This document shows, one piece after another, positions 21,428-35,300 of a stretch of DNA of 64,000 nucleotides (its first letter is position 1; every line of letters begins with the position of its first letter). The notes beneath the pieces are model-generated. The model was not told the origin of the DNA and did no database searches. It saw only the letters and a list, made by a program, of their open reading frames with translations. The stretch is from Perkinsus chesapeaki ATCC PRA-425. Its lineage: Eukaryota; Protista; Perkinsozoa. A program made the position numbers and the translations under genes. The stretch is taken from assembly GCA_013115145.1 (NCBI GenBank), contig JAAPAO010000011.1, positions 62,001 to 126,000 on the forward strand, given 5' to 3'.

Positions 21428-24352
21428 ATGGCTCCCATCGACTACAGCCGTTGGGATAACATCGACTCGGAGTCTGAAGGAGAGGTTGTGGCGGAGTCGA
21501 CAAGGGTACTAGTGGGAGAAGGTGGCCGTGCTATGGTGTGGGGATAGATCCAGTCGAGGGCTCGCCCTAAGGAGACTGTTATAAAGCAACCTCCACGGCC
21601 AACTAAGCTTGAAGTTGAACCAATGACCGTTGAGAAAGCGCCGCCTGTGAAAGCTTCTGCGGTAGTTGCTAAGGGAGAGACAGAGTGAGCTGCTCCACGG
21701 GGGTAGTGTGGTCTACTGGTGCTCCTGTAGAACGCTGGAGCGCCTAATAGCCGACCTTCTGCGAGAGGGAAGGGAGGCTGGTATGAGAAGGAGGGGAGAG
21801 AATATAGATGATAATGCTAATTGGACTCAATGGACTCTCGAGTCTGCTGTGGAGGCGGCTCACGATCTCCGACTGGTGAGGTTCCCTCCACCAACGCCTC
21901 CAATTAGGTCTAGGTAAGAGTACTTGCTCGGGTACTAGAAATGAAATTCTGGCATTAGTTTCGATCCTAAAGAGCGCACATCGACGAGCTCTGGTCTTCC
22001 GCTGTTCGACTACGTTTTGGAGTATGACTTTGACCGACTGGGAAGGGGTAGGAAAACGGCGAAGGGCCGGCAGAGCTGTTGGTGGCTGTAGGGAGGCGGC
22101 TAGAGGATATACCGGAGATACAATTGTTGCCTCGATCACCGGAGAGAGAGGCGGCTTTTGCACCCGAAAGAGTGGTACATAAGTGCAGGAAGCAGCATAG
22201 AGTGTGTGGGAGGAAGAAGGAGCCAAAGCAGGCTGACGAAGTGAAGACGCCAGCGGAACGTGAAGAAGCTGTGGAGGAGTCTAGCGAGGTGGAGGCCAAG
22301 GAGGATAAGGAGACGCTGACGGAGGAACCTTTGAAGGTTGAGGTTGAGGGACGAGTGACTTTTGATGACATAAAGTGAAATCTATCACAAGTGAGTACGA
22401 TGTGACTATGGTTGTTAGGGATAAAGACTTCTCCCCGTCTGGTTTGGTCACGGAGGCAGAAAGCGTTTTGAAGCAGTATGAAAACGAGCAGCAGGTAGGA
22501 TGATCAACCTCCGATGATGAGGTGTTATGGTTCTTCAGCTGGAGGAGCTGTACTATATGCTAAAGGCCGAGAAGGGTCTTCAGCACCCTATGACTTTAGC
22601 GAGCTTCTTCAAACTCTTTGATGTTTGGATTGGCCTTTACAGGTTGGTCTGACCTCTGCTGGTCGGTGGGTATGTAGGAGGTAGGTTGAGGAAGTGCCAA
22701 CAGGAGCTGGAGGAAGTCTTACCAGTCTGCCGGAAGCTCGGGGATCCTTTCAAGCTCAAAGCTGTCCAGGTACCCTGGCTATGCTAGATGGTCCTGAGGG
22801 GCAGCTTCTCATCAGGCAACGGCCTTTACTAAATGGAAGCAAGGGAAGCTGAAGGAGGCACTGGTGCTATTCCAGGAGATGGAGCAAATAGTCGGCAAGT
22901 CGGCCGCACTGTGCGAGAACATCGGCCACACCTACAAGTGAACACTGGGCTGGCAAAATGAGACTTATTCCCGTTTCAGTTCCCTTGGGGAATTGGCCAA
23001 GGCCGAGCAGTACTTCAAGGAGTCATTAGCTCTGATAGAGAAGCAGGCGGGTGATGGGCACGATACTGATGGCAACGAGAGGTAGTACGGTAGTTGTGGC
23101 TCGCAAGGTTGTTTCGGTAATGGACTTAGCAATCTGGGCGGAGTGTTGCTGGGGCTTGGTATAGTGCTGGAGCGCCGAGGTCGAGTGAAGGAGGCTTTGC
23201 AGTTCTGCAAAAAGGCGCATAGGTTTTACACGGTGCGCCGGCCGGAGCCTAACTGCCTGATTCATTGCCCCTCAGGACAAGTTCAACGTAGTAGGGGGCT
23301 CCTCGCTTGTCGCGAAGGCCGGCATGAGCGTGGCTAAGTGCTACGAAAAGCTGGATAACCTAGCTAAGGCACAGAAGTATGCAGAGGAAGCTATAGCGAT
23401 ATTTGAGGTAAGGCGTGCTGCTGGCACGTTGATGGGAAATTCGGTCAGCGAACTTGCGGGGAGGAGTCGCCTTTGGTGGCCAGTGCATGCCATACGTTGG
23501 GCAGGATAATGTGGGCTAAGGGAAAGAGAATGGCCGCTAGGGAGAATTTGGAGAGAGCGTAAGGGAGGAGACATGGAGAGAGGAGGCTGGAGGCAGTTAC
23601 TACCTGGAGGCAATTAAGGACGCTGTGGACATTCGGTGCTTGATGGAGATCCACAACGAACTGATAGAAACTCACACTGGAGGTGGGGCCACAGTAGTGT
23701 GGAGGGTGGCGGAGCGGGCATGCAGGTATTGAAAGGGTGAATAGGATGGACTTTAGAAAGTACACTCGTATAGTCGAGGCAGCCACGGATAACATTCAGC
23801 AGAATCTGCCACAGGACGGCAATGCTGCTGTGTACTACAAGTTGGCGGCGGAAATGTAAGCTACGGCGGTGGTGGCGGCATGTAGAGGGGCGGAGGAAGG
23901 TACCTGTGGGGCGGCCTGTACGGAGAATGTGTAAGGATGGTCGAAATGGCCATACCACTGTTTAGGGCGGAGAAGTCGATGGATTGCTCTTGCTTTGTGG
24001 AGGTAGTAATCTTGATACGCGATGAGTGTGGTCAGTGAGTCACTGATTTTTGTAGACCTGTGAGAGGCTGAGGGCATATGCTGTCGGTAATGTAGCTATT
24101 GGGTGTGAGGTGGACGAGTTCGGTCTGGCACAGGGTACGGGTGATAAGACCAAGCCCACGGAAGTAGGCAATTTGCCGTACGGGTTTTCTGAGAGATTGT
24201 TGTTATAGGAGACGGAGACCGAGAAGCTGGAGGATTCTCAGGGCTGTACTGTTGGTGAAGAAATTGTGATGGAGGAACCAGTGACGCATGAACGATTGCC
24301 CTCCAGTCGAGGAAGTGAGGAGTTCTTCGACTGTGAGGAGGACGATATATAA
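21428..24352 (+). CDS. Tetratricopeptide-repeat protein with an N-terminal DYSRWDNID motif
   Basis: MAPIDYSRWDNIDSESE; TPR-like helices GKLKEALVLFQEMEQI, ALCENIGHTY/SLGELAKAEQYFKESLAL, LGIVLERRGRVKEALQFCKKA, VAKCYEKLDNLAKAQKYAEEAIAIFE; last exon ...EEFFDCEEDDI*. Confidence 0.75.
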
Positions 24353-24460
24353 ATACACGCAGAGTGTTGTGCTCTTAATTCGATTATCGATAGCATGAGA
24401 GCCTTGTGTCGTGGGAACAGAGGCGATGTTGAGTGGCAGACTTTTTGCTGCTTCGGAGGG

Positions 24461-27400
24461 ATGGCCAGCCCGTCCTCGGCGCCCCGACATGGGGGGAAAT
24501 CTGTGGAACAGATATATAAGAAGATGACGCAAATAGAGCACATTCTTGCTAGGTAAGATGGTAGTAGTTGGGCTGCTAGCACCGATGGTCGCACTGTAGA
24601 CCCGATACCTACGTTGGCAGCTTGGAACACCAGACGGAGAGAATGTGGGTGTGGGACTCTGAGGCCGGCAATATAGTTCAGAAACAGATCACTGTGAGGG
24701 GAAGGGACGGGTGGCTTTGTGCTGGAGGGGTGCGGTTAGTTCTGTCCTGGACTATACAAGATATTCGATGAGATTCTGGTCAATGCAGCGGACAACCTTC
24801 AGAGAGACCCGAAGCATATGAACACCATTAAGGTAGTCTAACTCACTCAAGAAGGCGTCACTGCCTGAGCTCAGGTTGACATCGATGCTGAGAACGGCTT
24901 TATCAAAGTATATAACAACGGCAAGGGCCTGCCCGTTCAGGTAGGAGCAGCGATTCGCCTTTGTGTGGCTGAGTGGTATCGTCTTTGTCTGTGATTGTTA
25001 GATTCACAAAGAGCATCGCGTGTATGTCCCAGAGCTTGTGTTCGGTCATTTATTGACAAGTGATAATTATGATGATAATGAAAAGAAGGTGGGCTAATAG
25101 CTGAACGCATTTGAGTGATCGAGTCTCGACACTGAATCTCGAAGTTAGAGACTAAAAGTTTAATAGCGCAAACGATTCGACCGTACTTAATTTGTGGTGA
25201 CCTTTTATCTCCAACGATGCATTTCTATGTCTATTTCCGTACAGTGATTGTAGTACTATTAAGTACCTACTTGAAGTACTTTCTTGAAGTGGTCACGGTA
25301 CCGTATTGGTCCCCGGGTGGGTAGTTAATGTTTATGGATATTGCTGTTGATGCAAAGGGTAATGATCAGTGGTCCTTCAACAGGTCACTGGTGGCCGAAA
25401 TGGTTATGGTGCAAAGCTGACGAATATATTCTCGAAGAAGTTTGTCGTGACGACTGCTGACCATGTCCGTAAAAAGCTGTACAAGCAGCAGTTTGAGAAG
25501 TCGATGCAAAAGAAGAAGGATCCTGTCATTACCGATCATGACAAGGAGGATTTTACCTGCGTGCAGTTCTGGCCGGATCTTGAGAAGTAGCCAACCTGCT
25601 TTCTTCATCGGACCTCTCCTACGTCGTTTTTTTCAGGTTCGGCATGACCCATTTGGATGCCGACATTGTAGGGCTCGATGCTTGGTTCCGGTGTATCCCA
25701 CTGCTGCTGTTAGGTGTCGTTGATGTCGAAGCGTGTTATCGATGTTGCCGGGACTTCCGCTTCTAAGAAATGCAAGGTTTATCTTAATGGTAGCTCCTTT
25801 TAGTGCTGCCTTATAATACGGTCTCATTGTGGCCAGGGAAACGTGTTCCTATCTCAAGTTTCAAGGACTATGCTGAGCTGTATCTTACCGGGGAGTGGGC
25901 GGAGGCTCCTAAGATCTATGAGAAGGTACTTCAAGCGATCTAGCAGGGCGCTTGGATACGCCCAGCCAGGTGTCTGACCGGTGGGAGGTTCTGGTGACGC
26001 TAAGCGACCCGGCCGGGGGCGGTGGGCAGTTCCAGCAAGTGTCCTTTGCCAATTCGATTAATACTGTTAAGGGTGGTACCCATGTCAACCATGTCGCTGA
26101 ACAAATTGTAAATGCTGTATTGAAGAAGGCTCAGACGAAGAATAAAGGTGGGAGAGGGAGGTGCTGAAGGGGTGGTGCTTGCAAGTCGACTGGTGTTGGG
26201 ATATACACAGGTGCTATCCTCGATAAGTCGGGGGGATTGGGGATGTTTCGGTAGAGTTTTACACTTCCCAAAATGAACGAATGTATTCTTCATGCCGATT
26301 TTGGTTCAACTTATTAGGAAGGTTGATAGATATCCCCATGCTTGGTTTGGCAGGTGGGATGGAATTGAAGCCTTTCCAAGTTAAGAATCACATGTGGCTG
26401 TTTGTAAACGCTTTAATAGAGAATCCGACTTTCGATTCTCAAACCAAGGAGACGCTCACCCTCAAGGTAGTTTTCATGTCGTGTTGTTGGTATTAATATT
26501 TCTCTGAAGGTGGCGAAGTTTGGGTCGAAGTGCGCATTGAGTGATGCGACGATGAAGAAGGTGCTCAATTCTGGTATAGTCGATCAGGTGGGCGGCGGGT
26601 GGGGCTGGCTAGTGGTATGTGTGGGGTAGGTTGTTAACTGGGCCAAGTTCAAGCAGACTGCGACTTTGCAGAGCAAGATGAAAGTGAGTAGTAGTGCTTT
26701 TAAGTAGAAGAGAGTGCTGCGTGTGGTAGGGCGGCACTGGAGGCCATACGAGGATCTTGGGAATACCTAAGCTGGAGGATGCCAACGATGCTGGTAGGGA
26801 GGGATAAGACCGGCATGCCTACTTTGGAATGGTCGTTTTAGGTGGCCGGCATTCGGATAGATGCACGCTTATTCTTACAGAGGGAGATTCAGCCAAGGCA
26901 CTTGCCGTGGCTGGGCTTGGTGTTATCGGCCGTGATAAGTACGGAGACTGGGGCGTCCTTTGTGTGGTTTCTAAGGTGTGGGCAGGTACGGTGTGTTTCC
27001 GTTGAGGGGTAAGGTTCTGAATGTGCGAGAGGCATCTTATAAGCAGACGGTTGATAATAAGGAAATCCAGGCGATCCTCAAGATTATCGGTTTGGAGCCG
27101 AGGAAAGCGTGCGTGCTCACCGGCTCCAGTTGGCCGTATGCCAGTTGATGCAGATACGATGGCGTCAGGGGCCTCCGCTATGGGTCAATTATGGTCATGA
27201 CAGATCAGGATCTGGATGGGTCGCATATCAAAGGGCTCCTAATCAATCTAGTGTAAGTGAGGGGTGGTGACACGATGGTGACGCGTCCTTGCTACGTCAC
27301 CACCGCGCGCGATATCTACCTGTTCTGAGGTGGATGTCAGGCACCACTGGTGGCCAGGTCTGTTGCAGACCAGGGGGTTCATGAGGGAATTCGTCACACC

Positions 27401-30400
27401 AATTGTAAAGTGTGTTAAAGGCCGACGGGAGCTTAGTTTTTTTACACTAACCGAATACGAAGAATGGAAGAGGAATAACAACGAAGGGAAAGGTAGCTGC
27501 GAGTCCAGCGGGCGTTGCTGAGGTTGATTGATTAGGTTGGAAAATAAAATACTACAAAGGTCTGGGTACCAGTACTAGTAAGGAGGCTAAGGAGTACTTC
27601 TCTCAAATAGCCAAGTAGGGTAGCCTGCCGCTGCTGCTGGGTTGGAGGGGTGTGCTGCAGGCACAGTCTGTCGTTTGAGTACAGGGATGGTGATGATGGG
27701 GAGGCTATCGATATGGCGTTTAATAAGAAGAGGGCTGATGATAGGAAAGAGTGGATTAATGGGTATGGTGCTAGCTGCGAGCTTGGTTGTGACTGAGGTG
27801 TATAGATATGTTGATGGAGACTGTGTGGACCACTCTAAGGATTCCCTGAGGTAAGCGTGGATGGTATAGGATGGATTAGTCTATTCGGGGCAGTGGAGAG
27901 TCTGGTGCATATGTGTGATCATTGGTACTGTGAGGTAGTTCACGGCCACTACTAGGGGCGCTACTTGCATCTGACCTTATGAGGATAGAACTGAAGTTGT
28001 ATAAAGCTAAGTAGGGAAAGCTAGATCGTGAGAAATCGGTTGGAATACAAAAAAAGAGATTATTATTGGAACAAGCATCGGTGACGACAAACTTGATCGA
28101 ACCCGAAAGCGAACTCACTGGGTTGTACAACCATAACACGTGTTCCACTCCGCTGGCTGCAAGACCATCGGGGACCATGCAGTTGCCCGCATCTTACCAT
28201 AGCAAGCCTGCACTGTCTCAGATATCTCGACTTTATCAACAAGGAGCTGGTTCAGTTTTCGAAGTATGATGTTATGAGAAGCATTCCTAGCATGGTCGAT
28301 GGATTCAAACCCTCCCAAGTACAAAGTCTCCCCTCGAGTCGAGGTATTATACTTCCTCTATCAGCGTAAAGTGCTGTTCTGCGCGCTGAAGAGGAACCTC
28401 AAATCTGATACCAAAGTGGCCCAGTTCGTTGGCTATGTCTCAGAGCATGTGAGCCATCTTGTCGCCTCTTCACTCTGCTCTATCGCCAACCTCTGTTCAG
28501 TCTGCTTATCATCACGGAGAACAGAGTTTGGAGTCCTGTATTGTCGGCATGGCCCAAGACTTCATAGGTAAGCATCACGGCAGTCACTTACGAGCAGCGA
28601 TACTTAGCTTCGAACAATCTCAATTTGCTCGTGCCATCGGGTCAGTTCGGTACCAGGCTACAGGGTGGCAAGGATGCAGCCAGCGGACGGTGAGCTAGTG
28701 GGGCTTTCGGCAGGGCAGGGTGGGTCAGATATATCTATACGAGGATGTGTAAATACACTCGCAACATCTTCCATCCTGATGATGATGATGTCTTGGAGTA
28801 CCTTAACGAGGTGGGCTCTCCAACGAACGTCGGCATCTGCAATTTGTGGCCTTCAGGAAGGGCAAAATATCGAGCCCAAGTGGTACTGCCCGATTATCCC
28901 TATGGTGCTGGTTAACGGTGCGGAGGGTATCGGGACAGGGTGGTCAACTAATGTGCTGAGCTATGACCCTAGGGAGATAATAGACCTCCTTCGAGCCCTC
29001 ATAAGAGGTGGTCCCGCTACTAGTGTGGAGTGACTTTGTCACTGCTGTGTAGGCGTCGATCTGCATGACATTCATCCGTGGTATCGTGGCTTCACGGGCA
29101 CTGTGGAGCGCAACGATAAGGGCGGGTATGACTTTATTGGGAAGGTTAAGATGGCCAGTGACGACAGAACGATTGATATAACCGAGCTGCCGGTGAAGAC
29201 CTGGACGCAGAACTACAAGGAGTTCCTGCAGGTGATTAGCCTGCTTGAAGTGACTATATATTGGGAATGATGTCAGGAGATGATGCAAGCTGGTCAAGAG
29301 GCGATAACTCAGGAGAAGAAGGCGAAGGCGAAGGCTAAGAAGAGGGCGGCGGCTGCTGCAGCAGCAGCTAGTAGCGATGCCGGCAGCGAGCCAAGTACTC
29401 CACTGCCACCTGGGTCTGAAAAGGAGAAGGAAAAGAAGAAGGGACCTTTGGTGAAGCTAGGCGACCTTAAAGAGTGGGTTCAGTGACTCAGAGTGGAGAG
29501 GCTATTCTTGGTTATGGTTAGGTACCACACAGAGCACAGTGTTCACTTCAAGGCGACTTTGCAGAATGAGGCGGCTAAGAGCGTTGTCGATTCCCTGGGG
29601 CTCGAGAAGGCCTTCAAATTGCGATCGGCTTTCTCTACTACAAACATGGTGCGCCTTGTGCGAGCCTATCCCGCCCAGTATCGCCTGGTGGTCAGGTCCT
29701 GTTTGACCGTGACGGCAAGATACGCCGATATGACACTGTACTGGACATCATCAAGGACTTTGCAGACTTGAGGCTCGATATCTACGCCAAAAGGAAGGAG
29801 AGCCTCATCGCCAAACTGACGAAGGAAATACTTGTAGGCCAGCCGATAATGGAGGCAGGGGGATGGTCGGCACAGATACTCTCCAATAAAGCCCGCTTTG
29901 TGACGATGGTCGTGAACGGCGAGATTGTGTTCCAGAAGAAAAAGATAGCGCAGTTGATGGAAGAGCTGAAGCGGAAGAACTTCATGACCATGATGGAGAT
30001 AGATGCTCAGACGAGGGCAGCTAAGACCGGTTCACTCAAAGGGAAGGCGGGCTCGTCGGCAGCAGGTGGGAGAGGTGGGGAGGATGACGGATCGGACGGC
30101 TCTGGTAGGCGATGAAGTGAAATCGGAGGGAGAGTCGAGTGACGAGGAAGCCGATGATGAAGCAAAGGTGAGCGGAGTCTGGTAGGGGATGATATCCTAC
30201 AACCACCGCAGGCTGAGAAGCAACAGAAGAGGTCCGGATACGACTACTTGTTGGCGATGTCCATGTGGAGCCTTACACTGGAGAGAGTGGAGGCCATGGA
30301 GAGGCTACTGCGAGATAAGGAGGCCGAGCTCAAGGTAGCTGAATACCGCTGTGAGAGCTATCAGCTGGTGCACAGATACTCCGGGGGCGTTCAATTGAGG

Positions 30401-32210
30401 AGATGTGGGACAGGGATTTGGTGCAGCTGTTGGCGGCTTTGGATGAAGATGACGAGCGGCGCGCTAGAGAGATCCAGGCGGAGGCTCGGTATAGGAAGAA
30501 CAAACCGAGAATGGGGAAAGTGGCATCGAAGGGCAAGAAGGCTGCGAGCCCATCAAGTGAGGATTAGAAGGCTTCCTTGGTTACTAATGAAATGAGTACA
30601 TCTGGCCACGTATGAAGAAAGGATCTCAGGGAACTCGATGGGCCACACAGTAGCCAATGTGGTCCAGAGCAGCTTTTGCAGTCTCCAGCTTTGCAGAGAG
30701 TATTCTCTACTGTGGGGAATTCTATGCTGGGCTGAAGAAGGTCGAGACTGATTCAGGAATCAGCGGTTTCAGGTAGCGAGAATGACTATGGCAGCGAAGA
30801 TGAGGACGAGATCATGAGCGATGCAAGTGATGTCAAGCCGTCTAAGAAGAAGGGCGCCAAGAAGGTCGCAGCTGGGAAGCCGGAGGATTTGATAGAATCT
30901 TTGCTGAATAAGTAGGAGTGCTGTCTGGCAGTGGGCCGGCGAATTCGGAGCTGTAAAGGTACAAGGCGGAAGGTGAGTTGTGTACAGTTGATAGAGCAAC
31001 GTTGGAAGTGAAGCCGATGGAGGCTGATGCTTGGAGGAAGGTTAAAAAGGAGGAGGGCGACAAGACCAGGTCGAAGGCGTCCTATCGTGAAGGTTAGAAG
31101 TGAAAGAACTCCTGATGGTTGGATAGGTCAGTGTCTTTAGCCACTTCAACGGCCAACCCATCTCCGTCGGGAAGCCCATCAGCGTCATCAGGGGATGATA
31201 TTATGAAGAAAGCCGAGATAGGTAAGGGGACGAGTTTTATCGGCACAGGCTGGACTTACTTCAGCTCACAAACAGTCGTCGAGCATCTTGGAGAAGTTGA
31301 GGATGAAGAAGGAAGGGAAGACAACAACTTCGCAGGTTACCAAATCTTCTAGCTCATCAAGTGAGGAATCTTCGGGTTACGCGTGCATCTCATGCTGATC
31401 GTTCAGGCGGGAACCAACCGACTATAAGCTCGTTCTTCAAGCCTAAGGCCGAGGCCAAGACTGACACGACAGAGTCGAACTGGCTCGACAGCCTCGTCGC
31501 CGCCGGGAAGAGCAACTCCGCCTTGGACACTGATTCTGATGAGGTCAGCAGCGCAGTTTCATTTTTAACGACATGCTCAGCGTAGTCTCGGCCAGCTACC
31601 AAGCCTCCTACACCGAAGAGCAAAGCCAAGGCGAAAGCTAAGGCGAAGAGGAAAAGTCCAGCGAAGGGACGGAAAGCAGCCAAAGCAACGTCGAGCAGCG
31701 AAGTTAGCTTCGCAAGCTCCGCCGAGGAAATCAGCAGCGAGGAAGCCCCAGACTCACCCGCCCCAAGAAGCCGGAGGTAGCTTCTGGACATTCAGCCTGG
31801 TTGATCCGACGTGTCTCAGACCGGCTCGGGCAGCAGCGGCGCGAGCAGCCAGTAGGAAGCTAATCGCTTCCAGTGACTCCTCCGACTACGGTGGCGAGTC
31901 GGACTCGGAATCAGCCTCTGACCAGGAAAGTCCTCTCAGCGATTTCAGTAGGCCTCGGCTTTTCAATAGAACATATATTCTAAACTAGGTGACGTCTCCG
32001 ATGCACGCCCTCGGAAGAAGACCATCAAGCGCAAGGTCTCGTCGCCAACTCCGGCGAAATCAACAAAGAAGTCACCTGCTGGCGGGGGGCGTAAGAGGCG
32101 CAAAGTGGTAGGAGATTCCATCCGTAGGCCGGTGAGAAGATCTGAAGCAGGTCCAGCTTGATAGCGATGACGAGAGCGCTGATGACTCCGACGATAGTGA
32201 CTATGCATAA
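24461..32210 (+). CDS. TOP2: DNA topoisomerase II (type IIA); an in-frame upstream ATG also exists at 24395
   Basis: QIEHILARPDTYVGS, FDEILVNAADN, TGGRNGYGAKLTNIFS, TEGDSAK, FPLRGK, MTDQDLDGSHIKG, KYYKGLGTS, RSIPSMVDGFKP, AYHHGEQSL, catalytic ASGRYIYT, VNGAEGIGTGWST; long low-complexity C-terminus ending DSDDSDYA*. Confidence 0.97.
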
Positions 32211-32344
32211 TTCATTCCCAATATTAACGGGTTTCTCAATTCGTGCTTCTGATGCCTCCGTTGCTTCTGTTGTGTTTGGCGGCTTCCTACCCAGGGACAA
32301 CTTTCCTGACAGCATTACCGTGTGATGCCCGATCGTGTCGGCTA

Positions 32345-35300
32345 ATGCTACATCAACTCATACGGTATGCACTAGAAGAAATTGCCTACTCAGGGCCACC
32401 GGGCTCGAAGTAGTGTACAGCGGAAAGATGGTTCTGATGGAGTGGGCGGCTTAGGTTCAGCGATATCGTTAACAATTTGAATAACAGAAGGGCAGAGGGA
32501 GCAGATTGTCCACAGCTTCTGGAGGCACTCAAACATAACCTCATTCATCCTGAGGAACTGCAGCTTCCATGTAAGCGCAGTCTCCACTAGCCCCGGCGAA
32601 ATGCTGCTGATCAGGCTTCATAGCTGAAGGAACGGGCGAGGAGGAGGACCCAGTGATAGACGTTCTAGAGGAGTAAGCCATTCGCCGTCCTGCGCCGCTG
32701 GTCTTCACTGACTTCAGTTATCGTAACAATCTCCTGGGTATAGCTCTCCATCCGGACATCTGCGAGCATGTGGTCCATAAGAGTATTATCTATCTGGTAT
32801 CGAACGCAAGATACCAAGGCCTTTGGGGCTACCAGCTCTGCCCTCTGCTTAATATCGACCATAAACAACTGCATCATCTCACCTCTAAATTGGTAGGTTG
32901 CCTAGAAGCGGGGAAAGAGTGGAAGTGGAGGTCAGATACAGGAGAAAATCATCGTAAGATTCAACCTTATGATTCCCAAGGTCATAAGGCGGCAGCACAA
33001 GGGATCGGTGTCCCCGATCAGCTGCGTACTTTTCCTAAGTAATACCACCGCCGAGATGCGGCTCGGATGAGGTGCTTTGGTCAGACCAATTTTATGATCT
33101 TCAACGGATGGATCCTCTATTGGCATCATCTATCCTATCCGAGCACATTGAGCCCATCAGCGACCGTGTAGTTCAACTACTTAGAGACTCTCCGCATCAA
33201 CTGCTATTGGAAGTAGACGTCCGTAATGTGGTCCATAGCATGTAGGTGGCGTTGCTTGCCGCCCAAGGTGGCAGAGGGCAGTCGTCAGGTTCAAAGGGAA
33301 TCTTAAACGAGGGCAGACGCAGTTCCGACGATGTCGAGATAAGCTGGAACGGGAAAAGAAGATCGAGGTTGTTAAAGTGTGGAGCGCGGAACTGAAAGTG
33401 TAGGCATTCACCATAGCTGGAGTGCTGCCTTTGACGGAAATGTCAGGTTCCGGAAGGCTATGTGCATATATGGAACTCACGTTGATACCAACGATATCTC
33501 CCTCACACCGCAGTTTGCCGACTTGGATGCACAAGAGGAAGAGGATGCCATCTCGTCCACCCCGCGAAGAGGTAACGCCCAGATTCGAATCGCTCGGGGA
33601 GCTCCACCTTCAGAGAGTGTGCCTACATCCCTGCGAGGGCTCGACTCACCAAAGACTCCCGAAGGAGATGACGACTACGCGAGCAGTGAAGGCATGAAGT
33701 CGCCAAGGAAGAAGAACAACTGGGTAGGTTTGCAGGCTTGCTGTCCTTCACTCTGGCTCCAGGTTGGTGTCGGCACATTCTTTCGTGGGCACGTTTCCCC
33801 AGATATCATCGCAGATCTCATCCGTGCTTCGGGGCCGAAGGGCTTCACTAACGCTGAGATGTAAGTGATAAGGTCTCTGGAGTCTACCCGCGATATGTAA
33901 AACGGCGGCGAGATAGTTCACATTTCATATTGCGAATTTTCCGTATCTCCAAAGCGCCTTTCGCGGGTGGTCCGATGGAAGATGTGTGTCAGATCCAAGA
34001 GGCTGCCTGTTGACAAGAAATTCACAGAGAGAGCTCTTGATTGGACTCTTAAGGAGTATCCAGAGATCCGCAAGGAGAAGGATAGCAGAGGGAAGGTTTC
34101 CTTTTGGGTGTAAGGCGTAATTCCACTGTCCTCGTCTGCAAGGTCCTCTTCTACAGGTACCGCTTCGCCCAACCAGAGGACGAGAAGCCCCGTGCTATGC
34201 TGGAGGACCAGCTAGCGCCGATTCTTGGAGATGATGACGAGATTCCCCAGGTTCTTAATCTCGAAGGTAAACGCTGATCTGCTGCTTTGATTTCCGATGT
34301 TCTGGCAGGCCTTTCCGCGCTTGGCAGGGAACGCGCGGCCCGTACATTACGATTAGTGAAAGAACACGGTGTCTTGTCGGTAGTGGATCTTGGGAGAGCA
34401 ATCGATGCCGAGGAGGTAAGGCTATAGGGGACCTGCTCATCGCTGTATTACTTCGTAGGGACGTGGTATGAAAATCGATAGGAAGACTCTCACTAAGATC
34501 GCCGATAAGGTGGCAGAATACGAGCCGAGGATAAAGAAAACTTCAACCATGTACCACCTAGACGGTGGCCACGGTTTCAGTGGGCGCGAGTCAGGTATCG
34601 CTCCCAGGAGGTCTCAGTGGTATACTGGGGCGAGGCGTGCAGTGAAGAGGAGGCGCAACAGAGGGTGACGGCAGCATTACAGTTAAAGCATACTGAGTTG
34701 ACCAGCAGCAATGCAGTGAAAAAGAGGAAGAGGGACTCCTTAGCTTCGGAGCTAATTGTGAGGAGCCTCGGCTCGCTGACTTTGGAGCCTTATTCTTGCA
34801 GTCGGAGAATGGTGACAGTGCAGCTGCAGCTGCTGCAGCGCTGGCGATGCTTGGAGGTGAAACCAGCAGCCCAGAGTTTTCACAGGAGAGTAAGGCGATA
34901 AGCCGGAGAAAGGCTGTTATTGGCGGTTTCGTAGATGCACTGGTGCCCCAATCGTTGTTCCCCATAGCGACCAGTAGTGTGGATGTGGCTCATACTGGCC
35001 CTCGAAGGAGAACCGTTAATGACCTCAATGCTGCTGCAGTGTAGTTCAGAGAAGATAGTGCCGTTCAGAAGGCCCCCTGTACAGGTATCGACCGCCCACT
35101 ATAGGCAAGACAGCAAGTCGCTGCGGAGGTACCTTCAGCCAGAACGTTTGCGTTCATTATGGCTATGTAGGCGCTATTATGCTCCGGTGCAAGTAAGCGA
35201 TAGTGCCACTTCTACTCGCCTCTACCTCACATTCACGTGAATCTTTCCGATTAGTATTCTTCCGCTGCAGATACCTCCATCAATTCCTGTTGAGAAATCT

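Noticed and set aside
32390-33129. Apparent minus-strand gene (ORFs 32390-32587, 32665-32877, 32932-33129)
   Set aside because: The plus strand here encodes the TFIIIC N-terminus and B-block motif with proper introns; these ORFs are antisense shadows.
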